Positions 48,434 through 57,433 of a stretch of 64,000 bases of DNA are shown piece by piece. Origin of the DNA: Candidatus Woesebacteria bacterium RBG_13_46_13 (GTDB taxonomy: Bacteria > Patescibacteriota > Microgenomatia > UBA8517). Under the pieces are notes generated by a model that was not told where the DNA came from, searched no databases, and saw only the letters and a list, made by a program, of their open reading frames with translations. The stretch is taken from positions 6,170 through 70,169 of the forward strand of contig MGFR01000003.1 of assembly GCA_001791995.1 (NCBI GenBank), read 5' to 3'. Both the position numbers and the translations under genes were made by a program. Numbering within the stretch: the first letter of the stretch is position 1; every line of letters starts with the position of its first letter.

Positions 48434-49836
48434 GCCCCGAAAAGCCTCGGCATATTTTGGATTATGGTAAGAGCGCTAAAGACTCCGTAGAAGATGAAAG
48501 CAGCTGCAATTACCGCAACTCGGATAAAGGAAGGCCTGAGAGCAGGCGAAAAAGTTCTAACGTTTAAGAAAACTATTAAGGCGCTATATACAAACATCGC
48601 CATGGCATTAAGTGCCGCACCTATCACGACCAGGGTTAAAGGTTCTGTTAACCCTAAAGAAAAGATAGCGACACCGGCCAATATTTGAATCCATAAAAAG
48701 ATGTAGTAGTAGACCGGAAGTTTTCCGATTTTAAACCTATTGGATGCAATTATCAGGTTTTCAGACATTATTCTACTTGTAGCGTCTAAGACTGAAAATT
48801 GTGTGGAAAAAAGCATCGCAGCAGCGATTAGCAAAAACAGAGTTCCGATTATGGGTAAAGTTTTGGCTGCAATAACTCCGGCTTCGCTTAAAAGAAACAT
48901 TATTCCCTGTGACCCCTGGGGATTTCCGTAAACCGTAGTGTAGGCAAGCAAGGAAAGCATAATCATGGAGACGGCTCCCGTTGCCCAAAAAATAAGCAAA
49001 TGTTCGATATTGATTCTTTTCCACCAAACTCTAAAAAACTTAAGATTTTTAGGGGTAGGTTCAAAAGTTACCCCTTCCAGCTTTATGTTCTCTTTCCTCC
49101 CTGTTAAGATGCTCGTAATTCTTCCAGAATATTTTCCCATTCCATAACCTTTTTCCTTGACATAATAACCCTGAGCCAAATTTAAATTCCCGCCCGCTCC
49201 TGCATAGGCAAAGGCACCCAAAAAGGTCGCCAGAGAGATTCCTGCAGGCAGAAATAAATAGCCTCGACCCTGCCCAACAAGACCTTTTGCAAGTTCAACC
49301 CAATCGGGAGTCTTGGCTAAGATAAAGGCGACAGCGAAGATAAAAGGCACACCGATTAAGATCAGTGTTTTTTGAAAGACCTCTTGAGTTTTATAGACCA
49401 CCGGACCCAAGGTGAGGACCAAACCGATAAGCACAAGTAGGATTATCGGAATAATTGGAGAGTAGGTTAATCCAAAAATATGGGCGATAAGGGTTGCCGA
49501 GGAAGCAATTATTCCGGGCCACATCCAGGGGATTAGGGTGGAGAAAATAAACCACACCGGCGATACGAGCTTAAGCTTTCTGGCAAGGCCCACAAAAACG
49601 CTTTCTCCGGTAACTAGTGTATATCTTTCAATTTCCATATTGATAAAAAACTGAAAAGTTATTCCCAGAAGAGCCCCCCAGATTATCCCCAGACCATAAT
49701 TGGCGGAAAGAAAAGGCCAGAGGATAAGTTCGCCACTGCCGAAACCTAAACCCAAAAGAATAAAACTTGGACCGATTAGCCTTAAGAGAGGTAACGGTTT
49801 AGGGAGGTTTCCTTTTCCCAAAGGTGCAAGTTTCAT
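48430..49836 (-). CDS. Nramp-fold (MntH-related) membrane transporter with non-canonical metal-site motif
   Basis: TM1-TM2 region IGPSFILLGLGFGSGELILWP...QFFINMEIERYTLVTGESV aligns with Nramp GP-x-(DPGN)...E-x-R-x-G-I-x-TG. DPGN is replaced by GSGE. 468 aa, about 11 TM helices. Confidence 0.55.
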   Translation of the reverse strand: MKLAPLGKGNLPKPLPLLRLIGPSFILLGLGFGSGELILWPFLSANYGLGIIWGALLGITFQFFINMEIERYTLVTGESVFVGLARKLKLVSPVWFIFSTLIPWMWPGIIASSATLIAHIFGLTYSPIIPIILLVLIGLVLTLGPVVYKTQEVFQKTLILIGVPFIFAVAFILAKTPDWVELAKGLVGQGRGYLFLPAGISLATFLGAFAYAGAGGNLNLAQGYYVKEKGYGMGKYSGRITSILTGRKENIKLEGVTFEPTPKNLKFFRVWWKRINIEHLLIFWATGAVSMIMLSLLAYTTVYGNPQGSQGIMFLLSEAGVIAAKTLPIIGTLFLLIAAAMLFSTQFSVLDATSRIMSENLIIASNRFKIGKLPVYYYIFLWIQILAGVAIFSLGLTEPLTLVVIGAALNAMAMFVYSALIVFLNVRTFSPALRPSFIRVAVIAAAFIFYGVFSALTIIQNMPRLFGA

Positions 49837-49914
49837 TCTCCCAGTTTAGGATTTTACGGGGTTTTTGGCAAGGAAATTGACTAAGTTTTCAAGGTGAAGT
49901 ATTATAGGCTTCCC

Positions 49915-50727
49915 ATGAAAGAAAACGAAGACAGATTGGGCAGAAGGGACTTCTTAAAAGCCAGTGCAATTGTGGCGGCCACGATTTTGGTAAGACCCGT
50001 CGCACACATTCCTCCGGAGCAGCCTGATGAGTGTATTCCCCAGGGTGTAACACCCGAGTTGCAGGAGTTTCTCGCTTCCCACGAAGTCAGAAAAGGAGAT
50101 ATCGATAGAAACGTGGTTTTGATGACCTACGACGATTTCGGCAACCACGAACGCTTTAACGCCATTCTGGATACTTACCAGGAATTGGGGGCCAAAGCCA
50201 CCTTTTTTGTACCCGGAGGATACGCCCGGGATAAAATTTACCTAAGGTATTACTCCAGGGAGATAGAAAGAATTGTTGCCGAAGGTCATGCACTGGGTTG
50301 CCACGGGCTCATCCACGAACCGCTCACGGTTTATAAAAAAGACCAGTTAAGCAAAGATATAAGACAATGGTTGGGACTGGTATCTTCTATAGTCCCGGGA
50401 TACGAAGTAAAATATTTCAGGTTTCCTTTCGGTGCCAGCGATCAGGACGCAAGGGAGGTTTTTGCCGAATACGGCCTGCAAAGCGTTCTTTGGTCCTTGG
50501 AGTCCGGGGGAACCGAAGAGCGTACCTTACAAAACGTACTCGAACGCGTCAGCGCGGGAGATATCGTCTTGAGCCATACCCCCCGTTTTTACGATGCCTA
50601 TTACTCCAGGCAAATAGTCGAAAGTCTGTTATCCTCCGGTTATAGCCTGGAAAGTGTCGCGACTGGACTTAAAAAGGAAGATTGTCCTTCTGCCAGGCTT
50701 GATCCCCAAGAATGTCCGAATAACTAG
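49915..50727 (+). CDS. polysaccharide deacetylase (NodB/CE4) with twin-arginine signal peptide
   Basis: Tat motif GRRDFLKASAIVAA. NodB motifs VLMTYDD and HGLIHE. The ORF-track start at 49894 is in frame. Confidence 0.7.
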   Translation: MKENEDRLGRRDFLKASAIVAATILVRPVAHIPPEQPDECIPQGVTPELQEFLASHEVRKGDIDRNVVLMTYDDFGNHERFNAILDTYQELGAKATFFVPGGYARDKIYLRYYSREIERIVAEGHALGCHGLIHEPLTVYKKDQLSKDIRQWLGLVSSIVPGYEVKYFRFPFGASDQDAREVFAEYGLQSVLWSLESGGTEERTLQNVLERVSAGDIVLSHTPRFYDAYYSRQIVESLLSSGYSLESVATGLKKEDCPSARLDPQECPNN

Positions 50728-50763
50728 TCTTGACTTCGGGTTTTATTCGGGATAGATTGAGAT

Positions 50764-51024
50764 ATGTTGGAGAAGATTTCAGCTCCGGTTTCCGTAACCC
50801 TGGTTTTTGACCACGCCAAAAGAAAAGTTTTTCCCAAGTGGCTGGTTTGGGAAGGAAAGCTCTATCCGCTCGAAAAAGTCGGCCTGCACCACACCTTCAG
50901 ACAGGGCCGCACCCTTTTCCACGTCTTCTCCGTGGCCTCAGAAACCCTATTTTTCCGACTTGTTTTCAATACCGACAATTTATTCTGGCGCCTGGAGGAA
51001 ATTTCAGATGGTCTTCCCGACTAA
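50764..51024 (+). CDS. hypothetical small protein (86 aa) immediately upstream of Y-family polymerase
   Basis: ORF ending within 17 nt of the polymerase start. No motif recognised. A YolD/UmuD-like accessory role is speculative. Confidence 0.3.
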   Translation: MLEKISAPVSVTLVFDHAKRKVFPKWLVWEGKLYPLEKVGLHHTFRQGRTLFHVFSVASETLFFRLVFNTDNLFWRLEEISDGLPD

Positions 51025-52270
51025 CCTTCCTTTCAATTCCAAACCCTCGACCGTGATGCATCTGGATTTGAATTCCTGCTTTGCCACCATCGAACAACAG
51101 GCCAACCCGCTTTTAAGGGGAAAGCCCGTGGCCGTGGCAGCCTACACTACTCCTTCGGGTTGTATTGTGGCCCCCTCTGTCGAGGCCAAACGCCTGGGCA
51201 TAAAAGTCGGAATGAGGGTCAAAGACGGAAAACTTCTTTGCCCCAGCCTGATAGTTTTGGCTCCCGACCCTTGGAAATACCGCAATGTCCACCTGGGCTT
51301 AAGGAAGATTGTCTCCGACTATACGCAGGAGTTTAGCCCCAAATCGATAGACGAGTTTGTGCTTAACCTGGAAGGCTACCCCGCCTTGCAGAAAGGCATG
51401 TGTAACCTCGCCAGAGAGATCAAGAGGCGGATTAGGGCCGAAGTCGGTGATTGGCTCAGCGTCTCAATAGGAATCGCTCCCAACAGGTTCCTGGCCAAGA
51501 CCGCGGCCGGGTTGCACAAGCCCGACGGGCTGGACGAGATCAATAAGGATAATTTCGTCAAGGTCTACTCCGGACTTGAACTTACGGACCTCTGCGGGAT
51601 TAAGGAGAGAAACGCGGTCAGGCTAAACGGTATGGGCATATATAGCGTTCCGGACTTTTACAAGGCCCCTTTCTGGAAGCTGAAGGCAGCCTTCAGCTCG
51701 ATTGCCGGCTATTATTGGTATTTGAGGCTTAGAGGTTGGGAAATAGACGATGTGGCCTTTGCCCGACGAAGCTACGGCAATTCCTACGCCTTACCCAAGC
51801 CTTTCTCAAGCATCAAGGAACTATCCCCCATTCTCTCCAAGCTGGTCGAGAAAATGGGGATACGGCTAAGGAGGGCCGGGTATAAAGCCAAAGGGGTCCA
51901 CCTGGCCATCTTCTTCAGAAACGGCTCTTTTTGGCACAAAGCGGCAGCCTCAGCCAAAGTTCTTTTCGATTCCAGAGACATCTATCAAGAGGCTTTTAGA
52001 CTCCTTGTCCGTTGTCCCCACCGTAGCCCGGTACGTGAACTGGCGGTTTCCTGCTTCAACCTTTCCCGGGATACAAGCCTACAAATGGAACTTTTCGCAG
52101 ACGTTGCCAGAAAACAAAAAATAGTCGAGGCGCTCGATGCAGTCAATGAACGCTGGGGAAACTTTGTGGTTACTCCGGCCAGAATGGCGGGGATGAACGA
52201 CACGGTTTTGGACAGGGTGGCTTTCGGTGGGGTGAAAGAACTGGAAGAGTTTACTCTAAATTCCAGATAG
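51008..52270 (+). CDS. Y-family DNA polymerase, UmuC/UvrX-like
   Basis: MHLDLNSCFATIEQ...LRGKPVAV...GCIVAPSVEAKRLGIKVGM closely parallels the UmuC N-terminus (CDVNAFYAS...GKPVVV...GCVIARNAEAKALGVKMG). GGAGGA SD 8 nt upstream of ATG 51008. An alternative start is ATG 51056. Confidence 0.75.
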   Translation: MVFPTNLPFNSKPSTVMHLDLNSCFATIEQQANPLLRGKPVAVAAYTTPSGCIVAPSVEAKRLGIKVGMRVKDGKLLCPSLIVLAPDPWKYRNVHLGLRKIVSDYTQEFSPKSIDEFVLNLEGYPALQKGMCNLAREIKRRIRAEVGDWLSVSIGIAPNRFLAKTAAGLHKPDGLDEINKDNFVKVYSGLELTDLCGIKERNAVRLNGMGIYSVPDFYKAPFWKLKAAFSSIAGYYWYLRLRGWEIDDVAFARRSYGNSYALPKPFSSIKELSPILSKLVEKMGIRLRRAGYKAKGVHLAIFFRNGSFWHKAAASAKVLFDSRDIYQEAFRLLVRCPHRSPVRELAVSCFNLSRDTSLQMELFADVARKQKIVEALDAVNERWGNFVVTPARMAGMNDTVLDRVAFGGVKELEEFTLNSR

Positions 52271-52747
52271 ATCAACTTCAGTTCCAAGAGTAACGTTGTT
52301 ATTGTCCGAGAAGCCGGCGTTAACCTCAAGAACGTAGTCGATCGGCTTTTCAGGATAATAAAGAGTCAAATGTCCTTCGGGTATGTCCTTATCAGGAGGT
52401 TGGAGAGCCTTGTCTATCTTGACCACCTTGGCATCGTTGACCCAGATAATATCGATGGGGATCAGCATCTCTTTCATCCAGAAAGAAGGGTAAATGTCTT
52501 TTTTGTCGAAGATAAAAAGCATTCCTGAATCGGCACCCAAGGAGGTTTTCCCGGATAGCCCGTTTTTTCTTTCGGCCTCATTATCCGCCAAGGTTACGCT
52601 AATCACTTTTTCCCCAACCTTGATCTCCTTTTTCGGTTCAGAACCCAAGGAAAGAGGAATTTTGGCCTGAAAATGGGAACTTCCCAGGACCCCGGCCAGA
52701 ACAACTATAATCCCGGTTACCAAAAACAGAAAAATAATACTTCTCAT
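52256..52747 (-). CDS. DUF192 domain protein, secreted/membrane-anchored
   Basis: VTLADNEAERKNGL...GMLFIFD...FWMKEMLIPIDIIWV...YVLEVNAG matches the DUF192 consensus. N-terminal TM or signal. Confidence 0.75.
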   Translation of the reverse strand: MRSIIFLFLVTGIIVVLAGVLGSSHFQAKIPLSLGSEPKKEIKVGEKVISVTLADNEAERKNGLSGKTSLGADSGMLFIFDKKDIYPSFWMKEMLIPIDIIWVNDAKVVKIDKALQPPDKDIPEGHLTLYYPEKPIDYVLEVNAGFSDNNNVTLGTEVDLSGI

Positions 52748-52754
52748 CGGGCCC

Positions 52755-53003
52755 TTACTCTGAAGATCCTATTTCGGCCTCAATTTCGGAGAGTTCCTTG
52801 TCGATATCATTTAGATTAGTTGCCTCCAGATCCTTCTCGATTTCATCGATTTCGGTAGAATCCGACTGTACTTCCATTTCCCTGATCGACGTTTCATAAG
52901 GAACGCGCGACGTCAGATTCCCGCTTGCCAGAAGGTAAGAAAATGCACCCAATGTTATTAAGAGAATTGCTGCTAAAACCAATATAAGTGTTTTATCTTT
53001 CAT
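52755..53003 (-). CDS. hypothetical small membrane-anchored acidic protein (82 aa)
   Basis: N-terminal TM followed by an acidic tail. Confidence 0.3.
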   Translation of the reverse strand: MKDKTLILVLAAILLITLGAFSYLLASGNLTSRVPYETSIREMEVQSDSTEIDEIEKDLEATNLNDIDKELSEIEAEIGSSE

Positions 53004-53004
53004 A

Positions 53005-53568
53005 TCAGCTTGGTGTAGGCGTAGGGGTAGGAGAATCGCCTCCTACTCTCAGCCCTTTTATACTTCCTATCGCATGCACAAGAAGCTTGTGTATTTCAAC
53101 CAGATTTGCCTTAATGTCCTGGACGGTGTCAATAACCTTTCCGAGAGCAAATTTCGGGTCTTCGCTTTCCAATACGATTTCGATATCTCCTTTTGCTGTT
53201 TCCAGCATTACCCCAGCTTCATTAAGAAGTTTCTTGGCCTCCGCAAGGTCTCCCTTGGCAAGCGTGGTATCGATATCCGAATCTCCGGAATCGATAATTG
53301 CCAGTCTATCCTCGATTCTCTCGATCAGCTTCTGGAGACGATCAATCGCAGCCGTGATTCTGGTCAACATCCTGCTCCAGTAAGTTCTCACTCTCTCTCT
53401 TCGTATCAAGCTTAGCTTTGCCGCTACCGTTGCCCTGTTTTGATCTCTTGCCTGAGACGAGCTTGGAGATACGGTTGCCACTCGATTTATGGCGGACGGC
53501 GAAGTTGTAATCCTGTTGGTGTTGGGAGAAGCCAAAAGCAGATTTAATGCCAAAAGTAAAGTAAACAT
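53005..53568 (-). CDS. hypothetical secreted protein (187 aa) with PTPTPTPS tail
   Basis: Signal-peptide-like N-terminus, coiled-coil core, Pro/Thr repeat at the C-terminus. Confidence 0.4.
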   Translation of the reverse strand: MFTLLLALNLLLASPNTNRITTSPSAINRVATVSPSSSQARDQNRATVAAKLSLIRRERVRTYWSRMLTRITAAIDRLQKLIERIEDRLAIIDSGDSDIDTTLAKGDLAEAKKLLNEAGVMLETAKGDIEIVLESEDPKFALGKVIDTVQDIKANLVEIHKLLVHAIGSIKGLRVGGDSPTPTPTPS

Positions 53569-53573
53569 CTTAT

Positions 53574-53786
53574 CTATTTTGCAGGAACTGTTGAATTATT
53601 GTCAAGTTTTACCTCGTCTCCCAAAACATCCGGACTGGAAGTAGAGGCTGTTTGTCTGCCTCGCTGGGAAGAAACAAAAAGGGCCAAAACCAGAATGAAA
53701 GCCAAAAGAGGTATGAAAAGCAGATAGATGGTAGAGTTTTTGGAGATTTTGTTGGTATGGATGTGTAGGATTTCCAGTTCGGGCAT
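53574..53786 (-). CDS. hypothetical small membrane protein (70 aa)
   Basis: One TM helix (LLFIPLLAFILVLALFV). Confidence 0.3.
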   Translation of the reverse strand: MPELEILHIHTNKISKNSTIYLLFIPLLAFILVLALFVSSQRGRQTASTSSPDVLGDEVKLDNNSTVPAK

Positions 53787-53829
53787 AGATTAAGTTTACA
53801 CCTTAATCTCAAGACACAAAACAGGAGGG

Positions 53830-53912
53830 TGCCGAGGAAGGGAGTCGAACCCCCACGTCCTTAAGGACACGTGGCCCTAAACCACGCGCGTCTGCCATTC
53901 CGCCACCTCGGC
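53830..53912 (-). tRNA. tRNA-Leu (anticodon TAG), type II long variable arm; CCA not encoded
   Basis: Hand fold: acceptor GCCGAGG/CCUCGGC, anticodon loop UUUAGGG, variable stem-loop UGUCCUUAAGGACGU, T-loop GGTTCGACTCC. Confidence 0.8.
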
Positions 53913-53920
53913 GCGGCTAT

Positions 53921-53955
53921 ATTATAACAAAAAGGGACCCCCTTTCGGGGGTCCC
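53921..53955 (-). terminator. intrinsic-terminator-like hairpin (9-bp GC stem, UUUC loop, U-tract) downstream of methyltransferase gene
   Basis: Plus-strand gggaccccc-tttc-gggggtccc. On the minus strand it is followed by UUUUUGUUAUAAU. It lies only 8 nt before the tRNA-Leu(TAG) 5' end. Confidence 0.45.
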
Positions 53956-54097
53956 AGGAAAAATTCCGACGCTCAGACCAGTAAACTGGCTTTGCCTCAG
54001 AATCTAGTAGGGACTATAACATAATACTCTAGGATTGTCAAGTGTAGAGGAAGGTGCGAAGATGCCTACATTAAGGGTTTTCTCTGACTACTAAAGG

Positions 54098-54856
54098 CTA
54101 TCCCCTTTTCCTGGCTAAGACAAAGACCGACGGTCCGAAATTAAACAAGGATAGGGGTTTTTGTAAATGCTTCTCGTAAGCCAAAAGCGTATAACTGGGA
54201 ACAAGTCTCTTGATAAAGGCACTTCTGATGTTTGATACCGAACGCTTTTCGACTATAGAAAAGCCGAAATGCTCGAGTTTCTCCAGGATGACATCGGGGT
54301 GGTAGTTGAGAAAATTGATCGAGTGCTGCCTGCGCGATTTTTTGCTACGCTTATCCGAAGGAAAAATATCAAAGCGGAAAGTCAGATTCCCCTTTAAGAA
54401 CTGAATCAGCGTGGCTTTAAGGTGCATCTTGTTGGGAAATTCCAGAATAAAATAACCGTTGGGCTTAACAAGTTTTTCGACCGCAGTTAAGGCCTTATCC
54501 AAATCCTCTATGTGGTGTAGCACCCTGACCATGATGACCAGATCGGCGCTTTGCGCCCTTAGCTTCTCATTGAGGTTTTCTACGCCGGAATGGATGATCC
54601 GTATATTTTTGAGCTGGGAGAATTCCTCTCTGGCGATTTTCAGCAGTTTGGAGGACGGATCGGTCAAGATTACCCTTTTGGCCCGGTAGAGATATGTCGG
54701 AACAAGTCTACCGAAACCCGCTCCGATTTCGATAATGGTGGAAATCCTGGGTATCCGTTCCAAAAAAGCCTTTAAGGCAATTATTTCCGAACCGTGCTCG
54801 TAATCCCTGCCTATCCAGTAGTTTGGGTAATCGTAGGTGTCATAATGCGCAGCCAT
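54098..54856 (-). CDS. class I SAM-dependent methyltransferase
   Basis: Motif I IIEIGAGFGRL and motif II region DLVIMVRVLHH. 252 aa. Substrate unknown. Confidence 0.7.
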   Translation of the reverse strand: MAAHYDTYDYPNYWIGRDYEHGSEIIALKAFLERIPRISTIIEIGAGFGRLVPTYLYRAKRVILTDPSSKLLKIAREEFSQLKNIRIIHSGVENLNEKLRAQSADLVIMVRVLHHIEDLDKALTAVEKLVKPNGYFILEFPNKMHLKATLIQFLKGNLTFRFDIFPSDKRSKKSRRQHSINFLNYHPDVILEKLEHFGFSIVEKRSVSNIRSAFIKRLVPSYTLLAYEKHLQKPLSLFNFGPSVFVLARKRG

Positions 54857-54899
54857 ATTGTTTTGAGGCGAAACTCGATTATACAGGAGAGTTCAAAAA

Positions 54900-55538
54900 C
54901 TACTCCATTTCGCTCATGAATTTATTTACTCCCGCAGCCCATGAGCCATTGGAAAGAGGAGTGTATTTACTCATAATATCCTCGATAGTTTCGTAGCCCT
55001 TGTTCAGGTATTCGTTTCTTATCCCTTGCGAGACCGTATCTATTCCTTCTTCGAAGGAGGTAAAGCCGAGAGTGCCCCGGCTGTGGATTCCCCAACCCCA
55101 GCAATTGTAGCTTCCGGGAGGTATTATTTTACAGAGGTTTGATTCCTGTTGGGCGATGGCGGTAATTAAACGATAATCGAGCTGGTATCTATCGGCTGTG
55201 GCGACAATAAAGTCCGAATAAGGGACCAAAGGAGAGGCGTAGCTTGCCAGATACTGGCGGACTATTTCGCTTCTGGCATCGGCAGTATTGGGATCTCCCG
55301 AGATTTCCGGAAGAGTAGTCGGAAGAGATGCAAAAACTTTGACTCCCGATTGCGGATACAAAATATAGTTGGATTCCATCAGATTCGGATTTTCTGCCTT
55401 ACCGTTCTTGGAGAGAGAAAGCAAAGAGAATAGGCTGGTGGCCAAAGTAAGCGGGGCAACGGTAAAGAATATCGCAATCAAAAAAAGGTTTTTCCAAAAG
55501 GAAAAATCTTCCTTGAAGGTAAAGTTTTCTTGATGCAT
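54900..55538 (-). CDS. membrane-anchored lysozyme-like (putative peptidoglycan glycosidase/transglycosylase) protein
   Basis: N-terminal TM. LITAIAQQESN...CWGWGI resembles the catalytic Glu-Ser and Gly-rich motifs of lysozyme-like/SLT/glucosaminidase folds. Confidence 0.4.
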   Translation of the reverse strand: MHQENFTFKEDFSFWKNLFLIAIFFTVAPLTLATSLFSLLSLSKNGKAENPNLMESNYILYPQSGVKVFASLPTTLPEISGDPNTADARSEIVRQYLASYASPLVPYSDFIVATADRYQLDYRLITAIAQQESNLCKIIPPGSYNCWGWGIHSRGTLGFTSFEEGIDTVSQGIRNEYLNKGYETIEDIMSKYTPLSNGSWAAGVNKFMSEME

Positions 55539-55604
55539 ATCGGGCAGAGTATGCTGCCAAAGTCAGGATGCCACAAATGACCAGGCAAAGTCAAGAAATT
55601 TTAG

Positions 55605-55676
55605 TGAGCCTGGGAGGAATCGAACCTCCAACCGCTTCCTTAAGAGGGAATCGCTCTACCGTTGAGCTACAGGCCC
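55605..55676 (-). tRNA. tRNA-Lys (anticodon CTT); CCA not encoded
   Basis: Hand fold: acceptor GGGCCUG/CAGGCUC, anticodon loop CUCUUAA, T-loop GGTTCGATTCC. The 5' end overlaps the upstream CDS stop by 10 nt. Confidence 0.75.
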
Positions 55677-57064
55677 TTGATTAGCTTCAATATTGTAGCA
55701 AAGAAACCGTCTATTTTCATTCTTGGAGGGGAAACGATAAACAATTGGAAAAATTCAGGGGAAGAAATTGCATTACCGCCTTTTGTCAGAGTCAAGGATT
55801 TTAGCTGGACACCGGACTCTTCGGGGGCCAGTATCTTGAAAGAGATGAAGCCTATAGAGCCGGGTTCAAGGGTCTCGAAGGAGGGAGATATTCCTAATGC
55901 AGATTCTTCTTGCGAAATTAAACCTATATCACTTTTGTTCCAGATAGACTGGCCGGTATTCTTTACAAGTAAGGTGCCGGAGATTATGGAACCTGTTAAG
56001 CGGAAGGGTTGAACGATAACGCTTTCGATTTCGGCCTTTTCTTCCTGGACAGGTTCCCCCTTGACCTTATTTAGGCTTGCTACCTCAAAATAGAAAGGGT
56101 AAAAAAATCCTTCTTTGTCTTTCCAGGAAAAAGTGTCGAAAGGAGGCTCGTTATAGGAAAGCAGAAACGGGGTAACCGCGATAATTTTTTTGTCCGTCCA
56201 GACTTGGGTAAAGGCAAAAGAAAGCCTTTCTCCGATTATATCGGTACTTATGGCTTTTTTCTTTTCGCCGTTCATGGCATGGGCCCAACCGGTTTCGGTA
56301 ATAAATACGGGTAATTCTTTGGCTATCCCCAGCTCCTTTAAAAGAGAAAGTTCCCAGTCATATGTTCTAACGGAGCCCCTTCCGTATCCGTTTTGGCTAC
56401 CGGAAAAATCGGGGTTGGGGTAGGAATGCGACGCCCAGCCGTCGACGTTTGCAAAGACTTGCGGCTCTTTGGCCAGCATTTTTTTGATAAAAGTAGCTTC
56501 GTCCATGGTATCTTTTGAATTCCCGGCGGAGGCATCTAGTCCTGCGGGTAAGACGAAAAAGTCGGAGGAGGCACCCTTTAGTTTTGAGGAAAATTCCCTC
56601 AGATAAGTCGCATACTCTTCCGGATTTATCTCACCACCCCACTCCTTGGTGTGATTGGGTTCGTTGGCGATAACCACATAGCGGTTTTTGACAACCCAAT
56701 TTAGAGAGTTTAAAAAACTCACCCAGCCGTCAATTTCGCCCAGACTTGGCTTTTCCCAAATATCTCCCAAGGGTCTGGTGGCAATTCTTACAATTGGTAT
56801 CAGATGCAGCCGTCGGGCTTTGTTAAAAGTATCCTGCCATTTATCCTTGTTTTTGTCGGTTTGCTGGATAACCAGAGTTACGTAACCCCAGTCTCCTCCG
56901 CTGGAATTGACCAGTTTGGCCGCATCCTCCAAATCGTTGGAATCGATAATGTGGATTCCGAAACGGTTATTGGCAACCGAGGCAAGATCGTAAGCAGCTG
57001 CTATTCTTGAGCCAAAAAGCAAAAAACAGATTGAAACAAATAATGAGGTTAGTAGTTTTTTCAT
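55667..57064 (-). CDS. secreted GH-A clan (GH5-like) glycoside hydrolase
   Basis: Signal peptide. VIANEPN (acid/base Glu of the NEP motif) and FITETGWA (nucleophile Glu), spaced as in TIM-barrel GH5-type enzymes. C-terminal beta-rich domain. Confidence 0.6.
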   Translation of the reverse strand: MKKLLTSLFVSICFLLFGSRIAAAYDLASVANNRFGIHIIDSNDLEDAAKLVNSSGGDWGYVTLVIQQTDKNKDKWQDTFNKARRLHLIPIVRIATRPLGDIWEKPSLGEIDGWVSFLNSLNWVVKNRYVVIANEPNHTKEWGGEINPEEYATYLREFSSKLKGASSDFFVLPAGLDASAGNSKDTMDEATFIKKMLAKEPQVFANVDGWASHSYPNPDFSGSQNGYGRGSVRTYDWELSLLKELGIAKELPVFITETGWAHAMNGEKKKAISTDIIGERLSFAFTQVWTDKKIIAVTPFLLSYNEPPFDTFSWKDKEGFFYPFYFEVASLNKVKGEPVQEEKAEIESVIVQPFRLTGSIISGTLLVKNTGQSIWNKSDIGLISQEESALGISPSFETLEPGSIGFISFKILAPEESGVQLKSLTLTKGGNAISSPEFFQLFIVSPPRMKIDGFFATILKLIKGL

Positions 57065-57096
57065 CCAGAATAATCTTAGCAGAAGCGAATTATTTG

Positions 57097-57170
57097 TGCC
57101 CCCGGCGCGACTCGAACGCGCAACCCTATCGTTAGAACCGATGCGCTCTATCCAATTGAGCTACGGGGGC
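57097..57170 (-). tRNA. tRNA-Arg (anticodon TCT); CCA not encoded
   Basis: Hand fold: acceptor GCCCCCG/CGGGGGC, anticodon loop GUUCUAA, T-loop GTTCGAGTC. Confidence 0.75.
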
Positions 57171-57174
57171 TCGG

Positions 57175-57246
57175 AGCGGGCGAAGGGAATTGAACCCTCT
57201 GTCTCTTCCTTGGCAAGGAAGCATTTTACCGGTAAACTACGCCCGC
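57175..57246 (-). tRNA. tRNA-Gly (anticodon GCC); CCA not encoded
   Basis: Hand fold: acceptor GCGGGCG/CGCCCGC, anticodon stem CUUCC/GGAAG with loop UUGCCAA, T-loop GGTTCAATTCC. Confidence 0.8.
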
Positions 57247-57433
57247 ACTGTGCTGAAGGCGCTATCAGAGTCAAGCACCCCAATTTGATTCCAGCAATTC
57301 AATAATACTATAAACGAGGCTGAAATTCTAATTACACAACAGAAAGTTCTAAAAGCTTACCAAGCGGAGCATATAATTATACTTAAACCATATTAAAATT
57401 GTGCGAATAATTGACATAGTTTGTTGTATATAA

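Noticed and set aside
50700-50770. LexA/Cheo-box (GAAC-N4-GTTC) upstream of the Y-family polymerase module
   Set aside because: No such palindrome is present in the 70 bp upstream. Regulation is unknown.
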